Below are positions 54,382 through 64,000 of a stretch of DNA of 64,000 nt, one piece after another. The notes below the pieces were generated by a model. That model saw only the letters and a program-made list of their open reading frames with translations, searched no databases and had not been told where the DNA came from. The DNA comes from Octopus vulgaris (taxonomy: Eukaryota): assembly GCA_951406725.2 (NCBI GenBank), contig OX597823.1, forward strand, positions 32,798,001-32,862,000, in the 5' to 3' direction. Positions within the stretch are counted from its first letter, which is position 1. Every line of letters starts with the position of its first letter. Both the position numbers and the translations under genes were made by a program.

Positions 54382-54594
54382 CAATAAAGATTCTTGTATC
54401 TCCCATCATCTGTCTCTCTCATTAATCACATACCCAACGAACACTAAGCCAATGAATGTGTTTTACCGACAAACTACCAGGTCTATACCATATGATTTAT
54501 TAACTATATATCTATTTACATATGTGTATATATAATTTTATGTGTGTGTGTGTGTGTGTGTGTGTGCATATATGTATGTGTGTGTGTATATATA

Positions 54595-54648
<54 letters not shown>

Positions 54649-54674
54649 CATATATACTCATAGCACTCCGTTGG

Positions 54675-55040
54675 TTATGACGACGAGGGTTCCAGTTGAG
54701 CCGATCGACGGAACAGCCCACTCATTAAATTAACGTGCAAGTGGCTGAGCAATTCACAGACATGTATACCCTTAACATAGTTCTTGGGGAGATTCAGCAT
54801 GATACAGTGTGTGACAAAGCTGGCCCTTTGAAATACATGTACAGCAGAAACAGGAAAAAAGAATGAGAGAAAGGTGTGATGAAAGAGTACAGCAGGGTTC
54901 ACCACCACTCCCTGCTGCAGTCTCATGGAGCATTGGGTATTTTCAATCAATAAACAGTCACAACGCCCAGTCTAGGAATTAAAACCATGATCCTACAACC
55001 ACAAGTCCACTGCCCTAACTACTGGGCAATTGTGCCTCCA
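54675..55040 (-). mobile_element. tRNA-derived SINE (family C)
   Basis: Homologous to 27396-27729. Confidence 0.8.
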
Positions 55041-55297
55041 TGTATGTGTGTATATATATATATGTATATATGTTAGGAAGCTTCCTTCCCAAACTCATGG
55101 TTCCTGATTCAATCTCATTGCATGGCACCTTGGGCAAGTGTCTTCTAGAAAGCCTTGTAAATGAATTTGGTAGAATGAGACTGAAAGAAGCCTGTCATAT
55201 ATATATATGTATATACATATATATTATATATGTATATACATATATATTATATATGTATATGTGCTTATATATATATATTATATATTATATATATATA

Positions 55298-55525
55298 ATC
55301 ATCATCGTTTAACGTCCGCTTTCCATGCTAGCATGGGTTGGACGATTTCGACTGAGGGCTGGCGAACCACATGGCTGCACCAGGCTCCAGTCTTGATTTG
55401 GCAGAGTTTCTACAGCTGGATACCCTTCCTAACGCCAACCACTCCAAGAGTGTAGTGGGTGCTTTTACGTGCCACCGGCACAGGGGCCAGTCAGGCAGTA
55501 CTGGTAACGACCTCGCTCGAATCCT
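55298..55525 (-). mobile_element. RTE 3' end in a TA-rich tract
   Basis: catcatcgtttaacgtccgctttccatgc…cccttcctaacgccaaccactcc…gtgcttttacgtgccacc is the reverse complement of the RTE tail. Confidence 0.85.
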
Positions 55526-55540
55526 TTTATATATGCCATG

Positions 55541-55764
55541 CATATATATATATATTTATATTATATTATATTATATATATATCATATTATATTATATTAT
55601 ATATGCATATATATATATATGCATATATATATGTATATATTATATATAATATGTATATATATATTATATATATGCATATATTATATATGCATATATATAT
55701 ATATTATATATAATATGTATATATTATATGTATATGTATATATATATATGTATATATTATATAT

Positions 55765-55821
<57 letters not shown>

Positions 55822-55960
55822 TATGTATATATTATATATGTATATGTATATATTATATATATATGTATATGTATATATTATATATATATGTATATGTATA
55901 TATTATATATATATGTATATGTATATATTATATATTATATGTATAATTATATATATATAT

Positions 55961-55993
<33 letters not shown>

Positions 55994-56352
55994 GTATATA
56001 TATATATTATATTATATATATATATATGTATATGTATATTATATATATATATGTATATATTATATATATATATATGTATAATTATATATATATATATATT
56101 ATATATATATATGTATATATTATATATATGTATATGTATATATTATATATATGTATATGTATATATTATATATATTATATATATGTATATGTATATATTA
56201 TATGTATGTATATATTATATATATGTATATGTATATATTATATGTATGTATATATTATATATATATATGTATATGTATATATTATGTATATATATGTATA
56301 TGTATATATTATGTATATGTATATATTATGTATATATATGTATATATATATA
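55541..56352. repeat. ~810-bp complex (TA)n/TATATG/TATAT satellite
   Basis: Almost purely A/T with interspersed G. Abuts the 3' end of the PLE. Confidence 0.95.
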
Positions 56353-56381
56353 CGAGAAAGAAGCAACAAGAATGGATTAGT

Positions 56382-56472
56382 TTTTAGTACAATTGTTTCA
56401 TACAAAGACAGGCTTTATTACAAGTTGCAAAAATTGCAGCAGATAAAAGTGTCCCGTACTCATCAGCTAAAA
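56382..56472 (-). ncRNA. Type-I hammerhead ribozyme at the PLE 3' end
   Basis: Minus strand: ttttag-CTGATGA-gtacgggaca…tgtctttgtat-GAAA-caattg-TA-ctaaaa. 6-bp stem I, extended stem II, palindromic stem III and GUA cleavage triplet. Confidence 0.85.
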
Positions 56473-57781
56473 TACATTTGAGTTCTCTAGACATCTTAGT
56501 GGGTGAGGTTATACTCATGAAATATTGGAGATAGTTCCATTAGAGGCAGATATAGGTTGTAAACAGTTTTCCAAAGTTCCTTAATGATGATGCACAGTCT
56601 TATCACAGATTTTTAAAAACTTATTAGTTTCGAAGAGAAGATGAATCAATCCAGTGTAGATTTAAATTTCCAGAGATATGAGGAGGAGGATGCACAGACT
56701 TATCACAGGTTTTTAAAGACTTATTAGCTTCACAGAAAAGGTGAATTAATCCATAGTGAAGATTTACATTTCCAGTGGTAAGATGAGGAATTTCATACTC
56801 ACAGACGATGTATTTAACCATTATTAATCCACAATCATTTCATGCTATATGATAAGGTAATTTGCCATGTTATTGCTCTCTGTGCAAAACTGCTATGTTG
56901 AGATTTCTAAAGGCTGAAGGAATTTATTTGTGGGGCAAAGAAAAGAAAATAAAAGAAAAAGGAAAGAGACAAGGAAAAAAAGAAAAAGAAAAGGGAGAAG
57001 AAAGAAGGAAAAGAAAAAGAAAAAGAAAAAAGAAAGAGAAACGGGGGAGAAGGATAGAAAAGAAAAAGAAAGAGAAAAAGAAAAAGGAAAAGAAAAAAGA
57101 AAAAGTGGAATAGGGAGAAAAGAAAAGGCGCCTATATAGAGTATACTGCGACAACTTAGCGGGAGGGGGTTTTTAAAGTGACCAAATACAGAAGAATTTG
57201 TAGATAACTTAGTTAGCTTGAGTCTTTAAGAATTCAGGAACTATGAAAAAAATTATTTTTTTGACCAGTACACAGCTATTTACTATCAACCTGACACGGA
57301 TGAAAGCAGATATGGATCTAAAGAGAATTTAAAGAGATAAACAAGGTCAGGGGTAGAGGGGTCAAAAGCTATCGTCAGAAGGAAATACAATAAGAGAAAG
57401 GATCTAAGTGCAACCTTAACCAGAGGTCATTTAAATTATTTATTTATTCATGTTACTGTCTTAAAAATTGTAGCCGTTACTATCAATACATTAATGGACT
57501 ACCGGTCAAAAGCTAGAATTTAATTAACAAGGTGTGATGGAATTGTCTATTTTATTGAAATTTATCATACTACTTTCAAGGGAGTTTCTTCACTTAATTA
57601 ATTCTGTAATAGAATTGTTAAGCCTTAGTAACTTAATTTATTAAAGTAGTGTTACCTAAACTAGATTAAGTTCCAAAATTAAAAATTTAAAATTAAGATT
57701 TAAGAATTAAATAAACACTAAAAATTAAGATTTTGGTTATATTTATCTACCTATCTTGTTACGATTATTCTATCCAGTTAT

Positions 57782-59485
57782 TCACTTAAAATATTTTAGG
57801 GTCTTCAATTTAGCGTGGACACAAACTTGTCCTACTTCAATATGGTTATTTAACAAGTTTCTATTTTTTCTATGCCTTAGAATTTCATAGGTCTCCATTG
57901 AGCAGAGTTGGCAACCAACCCTGCTATTTTTATACGGTATTGCTCTCCTAACTATTTCCCAATTAAGATTATAATTCTTGTTATTATTTTTGAGTTCCCA
58001 GATTTTACTTGAAAGTGTGGTGGTACCAGCTTTATGACGTAATCCAAAAGATATGTGATTTCTAACTCTTTTATTAAAATTTATTGTGCACCCAATGTAA
58101 AAAAATTTGTTATTCTCAGTAGATATGGTACATTTATAGATTACGTTATTTTCCCTGCAAAGGCCGGGTGCCGGGCATCTTGACTTAATTCTACACTTAC
58201 ACGCAAGAGGAACAACTTCAGAAGTTGGATTATTCATGGGTAGATGTCTTATGTTCTTATTATTATGATTATCATGAGTATAATTATCCTTATTATTATT
58301 ATTATTTTTATAGTTGGTGCTGTTATCTAAAGTATTGTTATTATTTATTGATCCTATTGCTCCATCTTTTAGGTCTAAAGTCCTACCATGATTATTTACA
58401 TTATTAGTAATGTTACTATTATTGTTAGTATTATTATCAAACTGTATATTGCTGCTATAGATGTCACTGATATTTTCCTTCTCCGCGTTTTCTCTATTAG
58501 CCTTACTTCTATTATTAACATTTTTACTTCTATTAGTATCGGTATTATTACTACTCTTGTTACTGCTAATATTATTATTAGTCGTTTTGTGGTTACTGAT
58601 TCCATCCGTGTTTTGATAGTTACTATTGTTGTTAGTATTGCTATAATTGTTATTGGTATTCATGTTGTTATTATTATTTTTATTTTCATCTTTCCTGGCT
58701 AGTTTAATGTTGTTATTATTAATCTTAGCTGTTAAAGTGGACATATTTGGGAGGGTTGAATAAGAAATTCTAACTGTTTTCTTAGAAATAATTCTATGAT
58801 ATTTATGAGAGATTGGGAAATTTTTTTCTAGAATTACTTTGAATTTGCTCCGTATATTCGATTGAATCGCACAGTTGAAAGGAATATTCAGCCATATTAT
58901 ATCTTTTTTATTTTTATTTCTATTAAATTTCTTTGAATTAGAATCAGGGTTCGTAGAATTATTATTATTATTCATCTTATCAAAGTCATTGTACTTACTA
59001 CTATAATTTGTGTGCATCTTTGATTTATCTAATTCCATTTTATCCGAATTACCTGTGCTTTGGTTTTTACTTCTATTTGAATTATTGGGCTTGTACGCTA
59101 GATTTGCGGTTACTGTGAATCTATTTCTACTTCTATTTCGGGCCTGGTCTATATTGCTGCTTATGTGATTAATGATAACTTCTTTGTTAGGAATATGTAA
59201 GTTCCCCTTATCTATGAATGTAATTTTTTGGTTGTATCCTGCCTTAGTTAACGCTGTATTATAATGCTTAGAATGGGAGTTAAATATATCCTTATTTGAA
59301 GATAATTTTGAAATTCGTAATGAAATATTTCTGGCTAAAGATTCAATTATATTTGGTGGATGGTTGGATAATTTATTTACGTATCTCGTGATTTCGCCTT
59401 CTTTTCTAAATGAGTAATGCAGCTTGGAGTTAAGGTCTAACGTAATATCTAGGAAATTAACTATTTTAGTGCCAGGTTCATACAT
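57782..59485 (-). CDS. PLE polyprotein C-terminal part (RT thumb and GIY-YIG endonuclease), 567 aa uninterrupted
   Basis: VNFLDITLDL…YVNKLSNHPP…RISKLSS…ALTKAGY; IIWLNIPF; CKCRIKSRCPAPGLC linker; VIYKCTI…FYIGCT..FNKRVRNH; CQLCSME; LLN…CVH. The Met is not a true start, because the element is 5'-truncated. Confidence 0.9.
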   Translation of the reverse strand: MYEPGTKIVNFLDITLDLNSKLHYSFRKEGEITRYVNKLSNHPPNIIESLARNISLRISKLSSNKDIFNSHSKHYNTALTKAGYNQKITFIDKGNLHIPNKEVIINHISSNIDQARNRSRNRFTVTANLAYKPNNSNRSKNQSTGNSDKMELDKSKMHTNYSSKYNDFDKMNNNNNSTNPDSNSKKFNRNKNKKDIIWLNIPFNCAIQSNIRSKFKVILEKNFPISHKYHRIISKKTVRISYSTLPNMSTLTAKINNNNIKLARKDENKNNNNNMNTNNNYSNTNNNSNYQNTDGISNHKTTNNNISSNKSSNNTDTNRSKNVNNRSKANRENAEKENISDIYSSNIQFDNNTNNNSNITNNVNNHGRTLDLKDGAIGSINNNNTLDNSTNYKNNNNNKDNYTHDNHNNKNIRHLPMNNPTSEVVPLACKCRIKSRCPAPGLCRENNVIYKCTISTENNKFFYIGCTINFNKRVRNHISFGLRHKAGTTTLSSKIWELKNNNKNYNLNWEIVRRAIPYKNSRVGCQLCSMETYEILRHRKNRNLLNNHIEVGQVCVHAKLKTLKYFK

Positions 59486-59529
59486 TAATTGCTTTGATTG
59501 TATATATATATATATATGTATATATTATG

Positions 59530-59566
<37 letters not shown>

Positions 59567-59696
59567 GTATGTATATATATGTATATATATATATATATAT
59601 GCCTATATCTATATATATGCATTTTTTTTTCTCTAGTTTCTGCTCAGAGCAGTGGCCATGCTGATGCACCGCCGCTTTGTTACACTGTTATTATTA

Positions 59697-60010
59697 AGAG
59701 CCTCCTCTAAAATGTGGCACTTGGTGAAGCATAGAGTTTAATATAGCTACCCTCATTTGCACCTCCTGTAATGAGGTAGGTTCATCTGGGTTTCTCGACA
59801 GGGAGAGGTGCAGGTTAAAAACCCCTACATCTACTTTGTGCAAGTTCCTCAGACTCTTTGGGAGAATATTAAAAAGCTGTAGGCCTTTGAAACCCAGGCT
59901 GTTGCAGTAACTTGTCCTGAAGTGTGATGGCATTGCTGAGACCTTTGGCACTATGCAGTGTTGTCCTGTTCTGGCATTGGTGTAGCTTTCAATGCCAAAA
60001 TTTTGCCCAA
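59697..60010 (-). mobile_element. CR1/L2-group LINE 3' fragment
   Basis: …NARTGQHC…YCNSLGFKGLQLFNILPKSLRNLHKVDVGVF…PDEPT resembles CR1-group ORF2 C-termini. The clade is inferred. Confidence 0.55.
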
Positions 60011-60039
60011 TTCCTTCCTGGCTAACTGGGAAGATAGTT

Positions 60040-61149
60040 TTTCTATGTGGCTGATGCTCAGGAGCAATAAACACTGAAAATGCTCAGAGACCAACTTCTG
60101 CCACATTCCTGGGAGAAAAACTAGAAATTGTTGATAGCTTCCGTTAACTTTGTGACCAAGTCAGTAGCGGGGGCGGGTGTGCTGAAAGTGTAACTGTTAG
60201 AGTAAGAATAGCCTGGGCAAAGTTTAGAGAGCTCTTACCTCTGCTGGTGCCTCTCGCTCAGAATAAAAGGCAGACTGTATGACGCATGTGTATGAACAGC
60301 CATACTACATGGCAGTGAAACATGGGCCATGACTGCTGAGGATATGCGTAAGCTTGCAAGAAATGAAGCCAATATGCTCCGATGGATGTGTAATGTCAGT
60401 GTTCATACTCGACAGAGTGTAAGTACCTTGAGAGAAAAGTTGGACCTAAGAAGCATCAGTTGTGGTGTGCAAGAGAGACGTTTGCACTGGTATGGTCATG
60501 GGGCGAGAATGGATGAAGATAGTTGTGTGAAAAAGTGCCTCACCCTAGTGATTGAGGAAACCTGTGGAAGAGGTGGTGAAGTACGACCTTCGAACTTTAG
60601 GTCTCACCAAGGAAATGACCAGAGACCGAGACCTTTGGAAGTATGCTGTGCGTGGGAAGACCCGGCAGGACAAGTGAGACCATAACCCGTGACCTCTACC
60701 TGGGACGTAGCCAGCCCACTTATGCATACCTTTCCTTCTTGTGACACAAACCCTACTTGTGAAGACCTGTTGAGGCAAGTGAAAATCAAAATCAATCAAC
60801 ATCAATGGAAATTGTAGCTGTGATACTAGTGCCGGTGGCATGTATGAGAACCATCTAAACGTGGCCGTTGCCAGTGCCGCCCCGTCTGGCGCCCGTGCCA
60901 GTGGCACGTAAAAAGCACCATCCAATCGTGTCCATTTGCCAGCCTCGTCTGGCACCTGTGCAGGTGGCACGTAAAAAGCACCCACTACACTCACGGAGTG
61001 GTTGGCGTTAGGAAGGGCATCCAGCTGTAGAAACACTGCCAAATCAAACTGGGCCTGACGCAGCCTTCTGGCTTCCCAGACCCCAGTTGAACCGTCCAAC
61101 TCATGCTAGCATGGAAAACGGACGTTAAACGATGATGATGATGATGATG
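60040..61149 (+). mobile_element. 5'-truncated RTE LINE
   Basis: Homologous to 18335-19461 (RIAWAKFRELLP, NEANMLRWMCNV, RRLHWYGH), with tandem UTR units and a (GAT)n tail. Confidence 0.9.
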
Positions 61150-63857
61150 CGTGTGTGTATGTGTTTGTGTGTGTGTGTAGATGTGTGTAGGTACATATAT
61201 ATATGTGTAGATATATATATGTATATATATATATATTTGTTCATGTATGTAGATAGATAAGTGTGTATATGATTGTATGTAAGTATATATAATCACCCAG
61301 TCCTATAAATAAATGTGCATATATGCCAGCTGTTGCACAGAAATTGCCTTTGATAATGCTATAATGAAATGTAGAAAATTTCAATTTTGTTTCTAGTATT
61401 GGAAACAGTGATTGTAAAAGGAGATGAAAGTAACAAAATAACTAGTAGTTACTTTCAGTGTTAGATATGGTGTCATACTTTAATGTATTTTACTAACTAA
61501 ACTGGAAATATAATTATTTACATATTTTCACCATTAGTTATAATTCATCAATAAATCCTGTGGTTTTTGAACTGTTTAAAAACAGCTGCAGCTGGTTTTG
61601 GTTTATATTATACACTTCTATAATGTTTACCTTTGATTCTCGTTGAAAATCTCCAATTTCTCATTAAGATTGAAAGCCTTAACTCGTTTTGTTTTTGACA
61701 CAAGTGTTCAATGTTATTTATAGTAGTTTTCTTGGGGGAAGATACTTTTTATTATATAGTCAATGGAAGAGTGCCAGCTCTCATGACCTTTGTATTTTAT
61801 TCCCACTTTGAAAGATGTTTGCTACATACAAAATCTAGGCTTTTTTAGCACCATACAATGAATTCTTTTAATTTCAAGTTCCAGAGTAATTGTCACTAGT
61901 ATCAGAAACCTGCCATATATCAGTTACCTGATGTGTGTGTGAGAGAGAGAGAGAGACTTTTATCATATCTTCTCACAGGAAAATTTATTGCTATGTATAA
62001 TTTCAGAAAACATACCCAGCTTCTGCTAATTTCTAATGGTATTTTATTTGAAATATTTGTTATCTTCATTATCACCACTTCTATTTCATTAGACTAATAA
62101 AACAAACATAATATATTTAAACAGTATTTTTATGGAATGTCCATGACTTATCCAAATGCAATCTCCAATTTAGAATTGACATGGCTAATATCTCTAGAGT
62201 AACTTTTAGGCAACAATATAAAGCTGTACTTCATTTCATGATGTTAGAATGTTACTTTTCAACATTTATATTCTTCTGTTTTCATCAAATCAAATTTGAT
62301 GTTAAATGGAAGATCTAGGGAGATTTGTTAACAAGATCTAGGAAGACTTAGTTTTCTAAGCAAGTTCAATCAGATCACAGAGTGATATTCAGCTAAATGT
62401 TTTCTACCAGTTTGCACATAGCAGCCATTCTAAATCAATCTTCTGTCAACACTTTTATTACCACGCTTCTGTTGAAATAAACCACTTTCCTGTCAGTTAA
62501 TTTTTTAAATAATGAACAATGCAGTAAAATTTCCACATCATCAAACTGACAATTGGAACATAAATTAACGTGAAATTTGTACAGTAAGTCTTCAGATGAC
62601 TTTAAACCAAGAACTCTGTACCATAAAAATGAAGGTAGTTTTAGGTGGTCTTGTATCAAAAGGGTTAAACTGCAGCTTAGTTAATTTGCTGCAAGACCCT
62701 AAGAATGCACAAATCACAATTTACATTATGAAATCATTGAAAACTATTTTTATTATATATTTTCAATTCTTTCAAGAAAAATTTTCAAACTCTGTTATTA
62801 ACAGAAATATCATAGTTTATAATATGATCACACAACTATAATGTAAATCAGAAAACTTATATGAAGAGAAGTTAGCCATCTGCTGTTTTCTGTCATTTAA
62901 AATAATAATGAAATTATTGTATACAATGCTCAGGTGCACTGTTTTGGTCAAATACTGTTGTGTGGTACAAATGGTATTAGTACTAGAGTACTTGGTCTTC
63001 CAAGTCTAACCCCCACCCCCACCAGGCTAGATAAGTAAATATCAATCCATTAAATCATTTATACTCTTCTACAAAATACTGGCTTTGTGCCAAAGCTAGA
63101 AATTATTACTAAATTTAGGCAAATATATTTAAATTGATATAATGTTGACTTTAAAGCTTGAAATGTTATATATTTTTCTGATGTATGGTTGATATACTTT
63201 GAAATATCTTTCTTTAGATGTCAGTTCTTGCTGTTACCATTTCAAAAATGTTTCAGTGGAATTGTTTATTAGTTTCCAGAAAAATTTTCAAAAAACTTTT
63301 TTTTTTTTTTTTGTTCTAGTAACAACCAGTTATGATATGTTATTAGTTGGCAATAGGTTGCCTTCATATCAAACCCAAACTAAGCGTCAGACTAATGAAA
63401 TCAACCATTCTTTTTTAAACATAGAACTCAGTATTTTGTGCATTTTATTTCTAAAGGCTCCATCAGATGTCAAAATATTTCTGTCCTTGAAATCACTGCT
63501 CACTTTTCTTTATCTTCATTATAGTTGTCTTATTACTTGTTTGGCATTCCTCATTTTCCTTAATTTATTGTTTGCCATCAGCTCTTTCAACCAAAGATTA
63601 TGGCTCTGCTCACTTTGAAAGAAGTTTCACATTTATGTTACACCATTGACTTGTGTGTTTGTTACAACATGTAACTGAAAACAGTGAAACAGCAGTTGTG
63701 TGTGTATGTGTATTAAAGTTTGTTTCTTTGTATAAGGGTAGTGGTGGGGGTTTGTTAAAATATAGGAGGCAAATCCAGTGCCATTCATTCTTAGAAGGAC
63801 GGTATAGAGTATTGTACAGTGAATGGAAAGGAGAGTTAGTAATGGAGATATTAATCT

Positions 63858-64000
63858 TTTCTTTTCTACCTTAGGTACAAGGCCTGAAATTTGGGGGGAG
63901 GGGGCCGGTTTATTAGATCAACCTCAGTACACAACTGGTATTTAATTTATCGACCCTGAAAGGATGAAAGGTAAAGTCGACTTTGGCAGAATTTGAACTC
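63858..64000 (-). mobile_element. Family-B SINE, continues off the window end
   Basis: caaggcctgaaatttgggg…tcgaccctgaaaggatgaaaggtaaagtcgac…gaatttgaactc. Confidence 0.8.

Larger units (their letters stand above)
56353..59500 (-). mobile_element. 5'-truncated Penelope-like retroelement (Naiad-like) inserted in (TA)n
   Basis: RT C-terminus plus GIY-YIG ORF, ~1.4-kb 3' region, terminal hammerhead, and TA repeats on both flanks. Confidence 0.9.

Noticed and set aside
55459-56481. Long ORFs (up to 280 aa) rich in Y/I/C/M, and many similar ORFs elsewhere
   Set aside because: They are translations of (TA)n, (TG)n, (CT)n and (AAT)n microsatellites, which lack stops in some frames.
56862-57154. Lys/Glu/Arg-rich and Phe/Ser-rich ORFs
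   Set aside because: Translations of a polypurine tract in the PLE 3' region.
56470-57784. SECIS element or selenocysteine recoding in the Naiad-like PLE
   Set aside because: The retained ORF has no internal UGA and all motif Cys are true Cys. The terminal UGA is followed by a stop after three codons. The only AUGA…GA candidate (~56790-56845) pairs mostly by wobble.

Overview
AT-rich, microsatellite-dense eukaryotic genomic DNA. The repeat families suggest an octopus/coleoid cephalopod genome (inference). The only host gene I can support is the 3' half of a plus-strand diacylglycerol kinase, most like DGK-theta. It has seven coding exons between 6574 and 26204, all with GT-AG boundaries and consistent phases, and probably a 3'UTR exon from 28062. 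The rest is mobile DNA: RTE-type LINEs, an R4/Dong-like fragment in (TAA)n, a CR1-like fragment, two Tc1/mariner relics, TTAA-flanked MITEs, several SINE families and Penelope-like elements (PLEs). One PLE is a 5'-truncated Naiad-like copy with a 567-codon open ORF. The most striking pattern is about nine type-I hammerhead ribozyme motifs from about six unrelated sequence families. Three families occur as inverted pairs, including a ~300-bp, TSD-flanked palindrome made of two hammerheads (40766-41086). Nearly all ORFs in the supplied track are microsatellite artefacts. All calls are by eye; no database searches or folding programs were run, and repeat boundaries are approximate.
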